Shown piece by piece: positions 1 through 7,847 of a stretch of DNA of 30,639 nt (its first letter is position 1; every line of letters begins with the position of its first letter). Source of the DNA: Clostridiales bacterium (GTDB taxonomy: Bacteria; Bacillota; Clostridia; Caldicoprobacterales; UBA3941); the NCBI GenBank assembly GCA_012522165.1, contig JAAYKZ010000021.1, forward strand, positions 1 through 30,639, written 5' to 3'. The notes below the pieces were generated by a model, which searched no databases, was not told where the DNA came from, and worked only from the letters and a program-made list of their open reading frames with translations. A program made the translations under genes and the position numbers.

Positions 1-245
1 CCCCCGTATCAACAGGCTTTCGCGGCATAAACGCTTATGTTTTTCAAGGTGCAAAAAATATCGTTTTAAAGAATTTCAAATTATTTAACTACCGAGGCAT
101 TTTACACACTATTTTGGACTTGACTGGCATTTTTTATGTAAATAAATATACATTCTTTTTTAGAGCTATAACAAGAGACTTTAGCTAGGGGTAAAATGTA
201 TTTTTTTCCTACAGTAAAGTGACGCTATCGGTTTATATAATTAGT

Positions 246-275
246 TTGACTTTATATATGCAATACTATTAGAAT
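246..275 (+). promoter_or_regulatory. Putative sigmaA promoter of the chromate transporter pair
   Basis: TTGACT (246-251), 18 nt, TAGAAT (270-275); GTG start at 329 preceded by AGGAG. Confidence 0.5.
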
Positions 276-328
276 ATAGGTGTTGTTTTCATTTTTAACA
301 CAGCAATATGTTAGGAGAGTGACTGTTA

Positions 329-871
329 GTGAAAGAGCTTTGGGAATTATTTAGTGTTTTCTTTCGTATAGGTGCTTTTACCTTTGGGGGCGGATATGCC
401 ATGCTTCCTCTAATCCAAAAGGAAGTTGTAGAAAAGAAGCAATGGGCTACCGATGAGGAAGTAATTGATTATTATGCAATAGGACAGAGTACTCCAGGGA
501 TTATTGCTGTAAATACAGCAACCTTTATTGGTTATAAGCAAAAAGGACTTATTGGAGCCATTGTTGCTACCTTGGGAATTACAGTTCCGTCTTTGATTAC
601 AATTATTATTATAGCCTCTTCCTTTATGCAGTTTCAGAACAATAAAATAGTGCAGCATGCTTTTGCAGGTATTAGGGTAGGAGTTACTGTACTAGTTTTG
701 AATGCAGTAATCAAGATGTGGAAGACTACAGTAAAGGATTTGGCTGGGGTGATATTGTTTGGCTTAAGTTTCTTGCTTGTAACCTTTACTAATATATCGC
801 CGGTTATCGTTATCATTGTTTCAGCAATTACAGGGATTATTCTAACCTACAGAAAGGCGGTTGACAAATGA
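329..871 (+). CDS. chrA: Short-chain chromate ion transporter (CHR family), first subunit
   Basis: Hydrophobic 180 aa with CHR motifs IGAFTFGGGYAM and GQSTPGIIAVN; stop overlaps next start (ATGA, 868-871). Confidence 0.9.
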   Translation: MKELWELFSVFFRIGAFTFGGGYAMLPLIQKEVVEKKQWATDEEVIDYYAIGQSTPGIIAVNTATFIGYKQKGLIGAIVATLGITVPSLITIIIIASSFMQFQNNKIVQHAFAGIRVGVTVLVLNAVIKMWKTTVKDLAGVILFGLSFLLVTFTNISPVIVIIVSAITGIILTYRKAVDK

Positions 872-1434
872 TTTATCTACAGTTATTTATAGAATATTTT
901 AAAATAGGATTATTTGCTATAGGTGGAGGCTTGGCAACCATACCCTTTCTTCAACAGCTTGCAGATAAATATGATTGGTTTACCCATCAAGAATTAATTA
1001 ATATGATAGCTATATCGGAGTCTACTCCTGGACCTATAGGGGTAAATATGGCCACCTATGTAGGCTACCAGGCTGCTAGGATACCAGGAGCTATCATTGC
1101 AGCTTTGGGTCTGGAAGCTCCATCAGTGATTATAATTGTTATAATCGCCCATTACTTTATGCAATTTGCAGAACAACCCATTGTAAAAGCAGGGTTTTAT
1201 GGGTTACGACCTGCAGTAACTGGACTTATAGCAGCAGCAGGATTTGAAGTGGCTAAGGTTTCATTATTTAATTTACAAAAATATATAGATACAAAAAAGA
1301 TTTTGGATATATTTGATTTAAAAGCTATAATACTTTTTGGTATATTGTTGTTTTTAACCAACAAGTATAAAAAGCATCCTATTGTATATTTACTTGCTGC
1401 AGGAGTAGTAGGAGTAATTTTTAAATTTGGATAA
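868..1434 (+). CDS. chrA: Short-chain chromate ion transporter (CHR family), second subunit
   Basis: 188 aa, KIGLFAIGGG and ISESTPGPIGVN motifs; translationally coupled paralog of the upstream gene. Confidence 0.9.
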   Translation: MIYLQLFIEYFKIGLFAIGGGLATIPFLQQLADKYDWFTHQELINMIAISESTPGPIGVNMATYVGYQAARIPGAIIAALGLEAPSVIIIVIIAHYFMQFAEQPIVKAGFYGLRPAVTGLIAAAGFEVAKVSLFNLQKYIDTKKILDIFDLKAIILFGILLFLTNKYKKHPIVYLLAAGVVGVIFKFG

Positions 1435-1481
1435 GCTATTAGCTCAGTGAGTAGCAGCTTTAGTAGAGAAAGGTGGAAACT

Positions 1482-2126
1482 ATGAACAAGGTGTGTAGAT
1501 GGAAAAATTTTAAGGATAAAGAGGTGGATGAGTCTATCTGGCAAGAGTTAGAGCTAATCTTGATTCAGGAATATCCTTGGGATGAAAATGGCTACAAGCC
1601 AAAAGTAGAGGTGAGATTTTTCTATACCGAATCCAGACTTTACCTTCATTTTACATCCTATGAGAAGGAGATTCGGGCTAAATACAAAGAGATGAATGAG
1701 CCAGTATACACCGATAGCTGTGTGGAGTTATTCTTCAACCCTGATCCTGACTAGGATGATAGATACTTTAATTTCGAAATAAATGCCATTGGAACTCTTT
1801 TATTAGGGCTAGGCAGGGATCGGGATAATAGAACATTGATAGAGGATGTATCTTCGAATATTTTTAATATAAGATCCTCTGTTGACACAGATAAAGTCTG
1901 TCAATATCAGGATGAATCATGGACTTTAGAGTTTTCTATTCCTTATACCTTTATAGAAAAATATTATGGGAAGCAAGACTTCTCCTCAGGCAAAAAGATG
2001 AGAGGTAATTTTCAAAAATGCGGGGATAAAACCAAATTTCCCCATTATGGATGTTGGAATAGGATAGAAGCCCCTGAGCCTAATTTTCATAAGCCAGAGT
2101 GTTTTGGGGATTTTATACTAGATTAA
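1482..2126 (+). pseudogene. Carbohydrate-binding family 9-like (CBM9_2-type) protein interrupted by one in-frame TAG at 1752-1754
   Basis: ORFs 1473-1754 and 1836-2126 share a frame. The 27 codons between them are open (DDRYFNFEINAIGTLLLGLGRDRDNRT). Family-like motifs DSCVELF, YFNFEIN, NFQKCGD and PNFHKPECFG span both halves. ATG 1482 follows AAGGTGG. Confidence 0.75.
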
Positions 2127-2128
2127 AC

Positions 2129-2560
2129 CTACAGAAACTTCTTAAGTTGCTTAATATTGTTTTCCTCAAACCGAAGCAATCTTTTCATAAGCTTTATAAT
2201 ATTGGGTTCTGCTTCTTGCTCATATTTCCTGATATTTTTAATAGCGTCTATTATACCCATATTGCTGCCAATTATAAGCATTTCTGCAACATGAGAAGGA
2301 GATTTGTCAGTTAAGGTTTGCATATTTATCATCAGATATGTTCTTATTCTTTCCAAGGCACTAATCCCCTTTTCATCGTAGCCATTTTCATTTAACAATG
2401 CCCTGGCAGCAGTATGGATTTCCTTATATTCATTGTATTGGGATTCTAAATGCTTTTTAAAATCCTCATCTTTCACAATATCCATTAATTGACTGATTGT
2501 ATTTACCCCCATTTCAGAGTTTTGATATATAAAATTTAAAAGTTCAGCATTTGCGTTCAT
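2129..2560 (-). CDS. Conserved hypothetical helical protein, possibly ferritin-like, probably forespore-expressed
   Basis: ORF 2129-2569; RBS AAAGGAG favours a start at 2563 (TTG) or 2560 (ATG). Helical E/N/Q-rich pattern; sigmaG-type promoter upstream. Confidence 0.75.
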   Translation of the reverse strand: MNANAELLNFIYQNSEMGVNTISQLMDIVKDEDFKKHLESQYNEYKEIHTAARALLNENGYDEKGISALERIRTYLMINMQTLTDKSPSHVAEMLIIGSNMGIIDAIKNIRKYEQEAEPNIIKLMKRLLRFEENNIKQLKKFL

Positions 2561-2594
2561 CAATATCATCTCCTTTAGATGTAGGTCTTTAAAT

Positions 2595-2624
2595 TAGTAT
2601 GGCACCAAACAGCTCAAGTATTCA
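2595..2624 (-). promoter_or_regulatory. sigmaG-type (forespore) promoter
   Basis: Minus strand TGAATA (2624-2619), 17 nt, CATACTA (2601-2595): exact match to the B. subtilis sigmaG consensus. Confidence 0.7.
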
Positions 2625-2647
2625 AAAAAAATTATAGAATAAAAAGA

Positions 2648-2676
2648 TTGTGCCCTAAAGTTAAAAATGCTACAAT
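2648..2676 (+). promoter_or_regulatory. Putative sigmaA promoter of the methyltransferase gene
   Basis: TTGTGC (2648-2653), 17 nt, TACAAT (2671-2676), with extended -10 TG at 2668-2669. Confidence 0.6.
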
Positions 2677-2853
2677 GTGTTTTGGTAATTGTATTGGCTT
2701 TAGTTTTATTCAAATCAGTGATGAAGCCAATAGACCAATAACCATTATAAATTGTGAACCGTGAATGATAATTTTTGAACTAGCAAAACTGCTTATATTA
2801 TAAATGGTTATGTTAGTCGTAATTGATAAAGGTGTGGATAGGAGAAAAAATAC

Positions 2854-3897
2854 ATGATAACTTATGCAGTATTAGCAAATCCCGGTCATAATAGAGTGTA
2901 TTTTGAAGCCTCAAAAAAGCTTTCTTTAGCAGAGCTTGAAATTGCTTGCAGACGTTTTTCTGTTGAGTGCAGAGATTTTGCTCTGGCAGAGATAGAAGGT
3001 ATATTATATTTAACCTTTAACGCTGAAGAACCACTAAGTAATGATGATTTGGCTTGGCTATCTAGACTTTCCTTTACTTATGCTATATTTGAACTTAGGA
3101 AAAAGGAATCAGAAGTAGCTTTAATACCCATACGCAAGATTTCTTCTTACTATTTCAACGATGATTTAAACACCATACTAAAATACACTGGAAAGACCAA
3201 TGAGCTATTTACGAGATTAATGATAAATGTGGCTCTTTTGTCCAGTGATTTTTATAATACAAAGGATATTAACCTACTTGATCCTGTTGCAGGCAAGGGG
3301 ACAACTCTCTTTGAGTCTTTGATTGCAGGATATAATAGCTATGGTATAGAGATTAATCCAAATGTGGTTCACGAAGCAGCAGTATTCTTTAAAAAGTATC
3401 TTGAGAATGAAAAGTATAAGCATAGCCTAAAGAAAGAGAGAATGAGAGGCGAAGCTAAAAGCTTTACTGCAAACTTTTATAGATTTGAATTTGCAAAATC
3501 AAAAGAGGATTTTAAAGCTGGGAAAACCTTGCAGCTTTGTATGGTTGCAGGCGATTCCAGATATTCTAATAGATTTTTTAAGAAAAAGATGTTTCACATT
3601 ATAGTTGGGGATTTACCCTATGGGGTTCAGCATAGAAATGTTAGCAACCAAAATCAATCATCTATCACCCGAAGTCCTAAGGAATTACTTAATTATTGCC
3701 TGCCTAGCTGGATAGAGAGTTTGAAATCAGGAGGGGTAATCGTACTAGCCTGGAATAAGTTTGTCCTTAGCCGTGAACAGATGATAGAGATTTTCTCGAG
3801 GCATAATTTGAAGGTTTTGAATGATAGCCCATATACTGACTTCGAACATCGAGTGGACCAGGCAATTAATAGGGATATTATCGTTGCGAAAAAATGA
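2854..3897 (+). CDS. SAM-dependent amino-methyltransferase, Trm11/RlmL-like
   Basis: Motif I LLDPVAGKGTTL and motif IV IVGDLPYG; RBS GGATAGGAG. Confidence 0.75.
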   Translation: MITYAVLANPGHNRVYFEASKKLSLAELEIACRRFSVECRDFALAEIEGILYLTFNAEEPLSNDDLAWLSRLSFTYAIFELRKKESEVALIPIRKISSYYFNDDLNTILKYTGKTNELFTRLMINVALLSSDFYNTKDINLLDPVAGKGTTLFESLIAGYNSYGIEINPNVVHEAAVFFKKYLENEKYKHSLKKERMRGEAKSFTANFYRFEFAKSKEDFKAGKTLQLCMVAGDSRYSNRFFKKKMFHIIVGDLPYGVQHRNVSNQNQSSITRSPKELLNYCLPSWIESLKSGGVIVLAWNKFVLSREQMIEIFSRHNLKVLNDSPYTDFEHRVDQAINRDIIVAKK

Positions 3898-3901
3898 ATA
3901 C

Positions 3902-3942
3902 AAAGGGCAAGTATCAGCTAGTATAATTGGTACTTGCCCTTT
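3902..3942. terminator. Bidirectional intrinsic terminator between convergent genes
   Basis: AAAGGGCAAGTA (3902-3913) / TACTTGCCCTTT (3931-3942), perfect 12-bp inverted repeat. Confidence 0.75.
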
Positions 3943-3947
3943 ATAAA

Positions 3948-4607
3948 TTAAAATTCACGGTTATTATATATTCTGATAGAAATGCAACAGGATATAAACA
4001 TCATAAGTAATGATATACCAGCTATTAGTGTAGCTATTTGCCAATCAGACCAGTTTGCAAAACCATCTAATGTTTTACTAATAGACAAAGCAAATTCTGG
4101 ATTTTGACTCAAGCTGAGCAAGCTCATGGGGATAAAGAAGAACAATAGGAACATAACTATATTGAACATTTTGGCCTTAAGATAGCCAAGTTTGAAGACT
4201 ACGGGCAGATATGAAGATGTCATTAGAGACACAATAAATAGAGTTGTAGTAATATTCTCGATGCTCAAAAAATGGACTTTTACAGGGATCTTTATTGCCA
4301 TTACAATTAAGGTGGCAAGCATATAGGCTACCATAGCCAGACCTATATATAGGAATATGGATAAGTATTTGGCAATGACAATATCTTTCCTTGATATAGG
4401 CAAACTGTTTAGCATAATTTCAGATTTATTTTTATCTTCGTGGGCAAAAGAATATTGGATCAAAAGATATACTACAGCAGTTGCAGCACCAACAGGCGCA
4501 GTTCCATCTAAGCCTTGGAAGGCAAAGACAAGGAAGAAGCAGTAACCAAAGGCAAAAAGCATGGATTTTTTCTGTACCAGCAGATCTTTTAGAATTAGAT
4601 TAAGCAT
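3948..4607 (-). CDS. ABC-2-type transporter permease
   Basis: 219 aa, about 6 hydrophobic segments, SLPISRKDIVIAKY motif; overlaps the ATPase stop. Confidence 0.85.
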   Translation of the reverse strand: MLNLILKDLLVQKKSMLFAFGYCFFLVFAFQGLDGTAPVGAATAVVYLLIQYSFAHEDKNKSEIMLNSLPISRKDIVIAKYLSIFLYIGLAMVAYMLATLIVMAIKIPVKVHFLSIENITTTLFIVSLMTSSYLPVVFKLGYLKAKMFNIVMFLLFFFIPMSLLSLSQNPEFALSISKTLDGFANWSDWQIATLIAGISLLMMFISCCISIRIYNNREF

Positions 4608-5466
4608 ATTGGCTCCCCCTAACTATATATAGCATTATGTCTTCAAGGCTAGGTTTTTCAATCACAATATTTTCTTTGAACAGTTCTCGGACTTTCCCTC
4701 TATTCTCAACTAAACCTTCAAAACCGTAATTGTTTTTTCGGATACCAACAAAGGCTTTTTGGGCGTCTTTATCCAATAAATCTAACCCACCTTTTACAAT
4801 ACAATAATTATCTAGAATATCATCTTTGGTATTAGACAGGATAATTTGTCCATCATGAATAAAGGTAATATAATCTGCTATCTTTTCCAGATCTGAGGTT
4901 ATGTGTGTAGAGAAAAATACGCTTTTTTCATCGTCTTGTATTATTTCCCTTAGTATATCCAATAGCTCACTACGAAAGATGGGATCTAGCCCAGAAGTTG
5001 GTTCATCCATAATGAGAAGCTTTGCATCATGAGATAGTGCAATAGCCAAGGAAAATTTCATCTTCATTCCCTTTGACAGCTCTTTTATCTTTTTCTCCAG
5101 AGGAAGTTCAAAAATCTTCATGTATTTATCAAATATTTTTTCATCCCATGTTTTATAGAAAGGAGCTATAATAGTCTTCATCTCACGGAGGGTTAACTCT
5201 TCGTAAAAATGATTTTCATCATATACGAATCCTATATGGTTTTTGATTTCCTTTTCATACTTAATATGATCTTTACCAAGAACTTTGATCTGGCCTCCAT
5301 CTTTTTTTAGTAAGTTCATAATAAGTTTTATGGTAGTACTTTTTCCAGCACCATTAGGACCAATAAAACCCATAACATAGCCTTTAGGAAGTGTGAAGCT
5401 TATGCCTTTTAGGGCAAAGCTCTTAAAGTTTTTTCTTAAATCCTTTACTTCTAAGATATTTCCCAT
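4600..5466 (-). CDS. ABC transporter ATP-binding protein
   Basis: Walker A GPNGAGKST, signature LSKGMK, Walker B LLIMDEPTSGLD, H-loop STH. Confidence 0.95.
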   Translation of the reverse strand: MGNILEVKDLRKNFKSFALKGISFTLPKGYVMGFIGPNGAGKSTTIKLIMNLLKKDGGQIKVLGKDHIKYEKEIKNHIGFVYDENHFYEELTLREMKTIIAPFYKTWDEKIFDKYMKIFELPLEKKIKELSKGMKMKFSLAIALSHDAKLLIMDEPTSGLDPIFRSELLDILREIIQDDEKSVFFSTHITSDLEKIADYITFIHDGQIILSNTKDDILDNYCIVKGGLDLLDKDAQKAFVGIRKNNYGFEGLVENRGKVRELFKENIVIEKPSLEDIMLYIVRGSQYA

Positions 5467-5468
5467 AT

Positions 5469-5846
5469 TTATGCCTCCTTATCATATAACTGTTGGAGTA
5501 TCTCAATCAACTCATTCCAAGTAAGTTCCAGGGACTTGGCAGCCAAAACCGCTTCCATCAGTTTTTCTTCTACAATGGAGTATTTTTTTTTCTTTAGCAT
5601 TTCCTTATTATGAGTAGCCACAAATGAACCTTTTCCCTGAACAGTTTGGATAAAGCCTTCTCTTTCCAGCTCTTCATATGCTCTTTTGGTTGTTATAACG
5701 CTAATTTGCAGCTCTTTAGCAAGGTTTCGTATAGAGGGAAGAGCATCTCCTGCTTTAAGCTGACCTTTTAAGATCAGCTCCTTTAGCTGATATACAATTT
5801 GCTTATAGATAGGTTCACTTGATGAGTGTGAAATAATAATTCTCAT
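5469..5846 (-). CDS. GntR family regulator, YtrA subfamily
   Basis: 125 aa; PIYKQI, LPSIRNLA, TTKRAYEELEREG and GKGSFV motifs; short C-terminus; first gene of an ABC operon. Confidence 0.9.
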   Translation of the reverse strand: MRIIISHSSSEPIYKQIVYQLKELILKGQLKAGDALPSIRNLAKELQISVITTKRAYEELEREGFIQTVQGKGSFVATHNKEMLKKKKYSIVEEKLMEAVLAAKSLELTWNELIEILQQLYDKEA

Positions 5847-5866
5847 TTAATCCCCCATCCGTCTAT

Positions 5867-5908
5867 ACTGTATATATACAATATACACAGTCATGGTTAA
5901 TTTGTCAA
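5867..5908 (-). promoter_or_regulatory. sigmaA promoter overlapped by a YtrA-type operator
   Basis: Minus strand TTGACA (5908-5903), 17 nt, TATATT (5885-5880). Palindrome ACTGTA-N13-CACAGT (5867-5891) has the YtrA operator geometry (6-N13-6) and covers the -10. Confidence 0.75.
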
Positions 5909-6118
5909 TAGATATTTTTAAATAAAGCAAAAACTTTAGAATATGATTCATTATTAAAGTGAATGAATAAAAGGATATCGAATTTGAGTGTAGAATAAAA
6001 AAATAACGATTAAAATGGAATAAACCTTAGCTTTCTGTGTTTATATTGGGTTTTATTTCACGTGATGCCTATATATATAAGTAGATGTAAATATGAACAT
6101 TGGCCATGACAAAGAACT

Positions 6119-6155
6119 AAAGTAATAGTTGAATTGGCAACTCAACTATTACTTG
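6119..6155. promoter_or_regulatory. Long palindrome, probable tandem operator of the XRE regulator
   Basis: AAGTAATAGTTGA (6120-6132) / TCAACTATTACTT (6142-6154), perfect 13-bp arms, about 85 bp upstream of ATG 6239. Confidence 0.55.
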
Positions 6156-6238
6156 CTTCAAAAACAAAAGCTGGGCTTGATATTATAAGGCTGCAGAGAG
6201 GAAAGCTCTGCCAAAATATGATGAGGGGAAGGATAAAT

Positions 6239-6985
6239 ATGTTTGATACTAGAAAAGTGGGGAAGAAAATAGCAGAGTTGCGAAAGGCCAAAAATATGAC
6301 ACAGATGGAGTTAGCTGATGCTATGGGGGTAAGCTACCAAGCCGTTAGCAATTGGGAGAGGGGCAATTCCATGCCAGATATTTCAAAGTTACCAGAATTG
6401 GCAGTAATATTTGGATGCAGCATTGATGAACTTCTTTGTGATGGCAAAAAATCTGAATTAGTCAGTCACATCATTTCAGGTAACACAGAAGAATATGTTA
6501 AGGAACAAAAGGTTACATTAGAGACTGTAGCAGAGGCAGCGCCAGTATTAAAACCCAATCAGACAGAAAGCCTAATGGACATGGTAATAAATGAAAATAT
6601 GGATAGATTGACTACCCATGATTTAATAGGAATAGCGCCATTTGTAAGAGAAGAATTTCTAGAAAAATGGCTGGATGAAGTTGACGGGGTAGAGAATATA
6701 GATGGTATAATTGGCCTGGCACCTTTTCTTAGCAAAAAAACCTTGGATAAACTGGTAGAAAAACTGACTAAGGTGGGAAGTTTGAAGGATATTACCGGCC
6801 TTGCACCTTTTCTTAGCAAAAAAACACTAGACAAGTTGGTGATGAAAGCTATAGATTCAGGGCAGATAGAAGAGTGTAACGGTTTATACCCTTTCTTAGG
6901 GCAAGAAACCCTATATAAAGTGGCCGATGAATTAGTGAAAAAATATGGCTTTAAAGCTATTAAAGGAATAGCACCATTCCTGTAA
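6239..6985 (+). CDS. XRE/HTH_3 transcriptional regulator with C-terminal 28-aa repeats
   Basis: N-terminal LRKAKNMTQMELADAMGVSYQAVSNWERGNSMPD; ATG 6239 follows GAGGGGAAGG (ORF-track start 6134 is probably too early); repeated G(I/L)(A/Y)PF(L/V). Confidence 0.85.
   Translation: MFDTRKVGKKIAELRKAKNMTQMELADAMGVSYQAVSNWERGNSMPDISKLPELAVIFGCSIDELLCDGKKSELVSHIISGNTEEYVKEQKVTLETVAEAAPVLKPNQTESLMDMVINENMDRLTTHDLIGIAPFVREEFLEKWLDEVDGVENIDGIIGLAPFLSKKTLDKLVEKLTKVGSLKDITGLAPFLSKKTLDKLVMKAIDSGQIEECNGLYPFLGQETLYKVADELVKKYGFKAIKGIAPFL
6680..6985 (+). repeat. Coding tandem repeat with an 84-bp (28-aa) period
   Basis: Identical 23-mer GCACCTTTTCTTAGCAAAAAAAC at 6719-6741 and 6803-6825; xxPF(L/V) recurs every 28 residues five times. 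Confidence 0.85.
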
Positions 6986-7021
6986 AGTAAGTTAAGTTGT
7001 TTCTTAATAGAGAAAAAACAG

Positions 7022-7072
7022 TGCGGCTAGTTGGCCTTTTTAGTATATCTGTTGGCATAACAACTAGCCGCA
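7022..7072 (-). terminator. Hairpin and U-tract overlapping the 3' end of the YkuK-family gene
   Basis: TGCGGCTAGTTG (7022-7033) / CAACTAGCCGCA (7061-7072), 12-bp perfect stem with 27-nt loop; minus strand continues CTGTTTTTTT. Confidence 0.5.
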
Positions 7073-7560
7073 TAGCTTTCCGGCTTAATTTTGGGCTCAA
7101 AGCCAGTGCTCTTGGCCATAGCCACCATCTCACTAATCAATTCTCGTGTGGGACCTGATGTGCCTATATCCAAATGAAATTCAAAATGAATATCTCCTGG
7201 TTTCCCCATTGTGGTAAGGATGCATTCCATCATTAGATCCATTTTTTCTTCAGTAAACCAAGAGGCTAATTCTAAGGTTTTACTAGTTTCATAATAGATT
7301 TTTTCTCTAAGACTTAGTATAGGCCTTGGTAGAATTTCAGTGGTAAAAAAGCCTATAGCTCCACGGCCTACCCTGTGAAGATGAATAGCTGTAACAAAAA
7401 CTGTTTCCTTTCTCCCAACCTGTGAATCTGTTCCTATGGATAGGCGATATTCGCTGTGGGGCGCTTGTCTTATCAAGTTTAGGAGTATTTCATAAACCTG
7501 ATCTATGGGTAAATCTTTGTACAAGGAGTTACGAAACAATTTAGTGCTAATAATAATCAC
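7027..7560 (-). CDS. Ribonuclease H-like YkuK (DUF458) family protein
   Basis: IGTDSQ, EIHF-like DIHFEFHLDIG, KIKPESYAASCYANRYTK motifs. The true start may be the TTG a few codons in. Confidence 0.85.
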   Translation of the reverse strand: MIIISTKLFRNSLYKDLPIDQVYEILLNLIRQAPHSEYRLSIGTDSQVGRKETVFVTAIHLHRVGRGAIGFFTTEILPRPILSLREKIYYETSKTLELASWFTEEKMDLMMECILTTMGKPGDIHFEFHLDIGTSGPTRELISEMVAMAKSTGFEPKIKPESYAASCYANRYTKKAN

Positions 7561-7600
7561 TTCCTAATGATAATAAAATAGAATTTAACTAATAATTTTT

Positions 7601-7629
7601 ATTATACACCATTGATAAAATATTCGCAA
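7601..7629 (-). promoter_or_regulatory. Putative sigmaA promoter of the YkuK-family gene
   Basis: Minus strand TTGCGA (7629-7624), 17 nt, TATAAT (7606-7601). Confidence 0.65.
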
Positions 7630-7847
7630 TCTTTCGCCACGACAATATCCTTTTCTACTAAAGGAGGTTTTATTGGCTTGAAACAGCATATGTTAAAGAA
7701 TTTAATAATATATTATCTATAGAAAATCTTTCACGCATTTTGAGAAATAAAATTGGATAAGCATTTAGCAAAAGAAAATGAATTTTAAATAGTAAGAAGC
7801 TAAGGATAAAAATTTGAGGACCAAATATTACATAATTAGGAGCGAGC

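Noticed and set aside
329-1434. Two adjacent chrA-like ORFs as a split pseudogene
   Set aside because: Paired short-chain CHR genes are a normal arrangement; each has full motifs and they are coupled by ATGA.
6134-6238. 35-aa N-terminal extension of the XRE regulator
   Set aside because: The TTG lies inside the palindrome with no SD; ATG 6239 has an SD and begins the HTH domain.
6719-6825. Identical 23-bp direct repeats 84 bp apart, superficially CRISPR-like
   Set aside because: Only two exact copies, in frame inside a CDS, and the intervening sequences are themselves homologous protein repeats.
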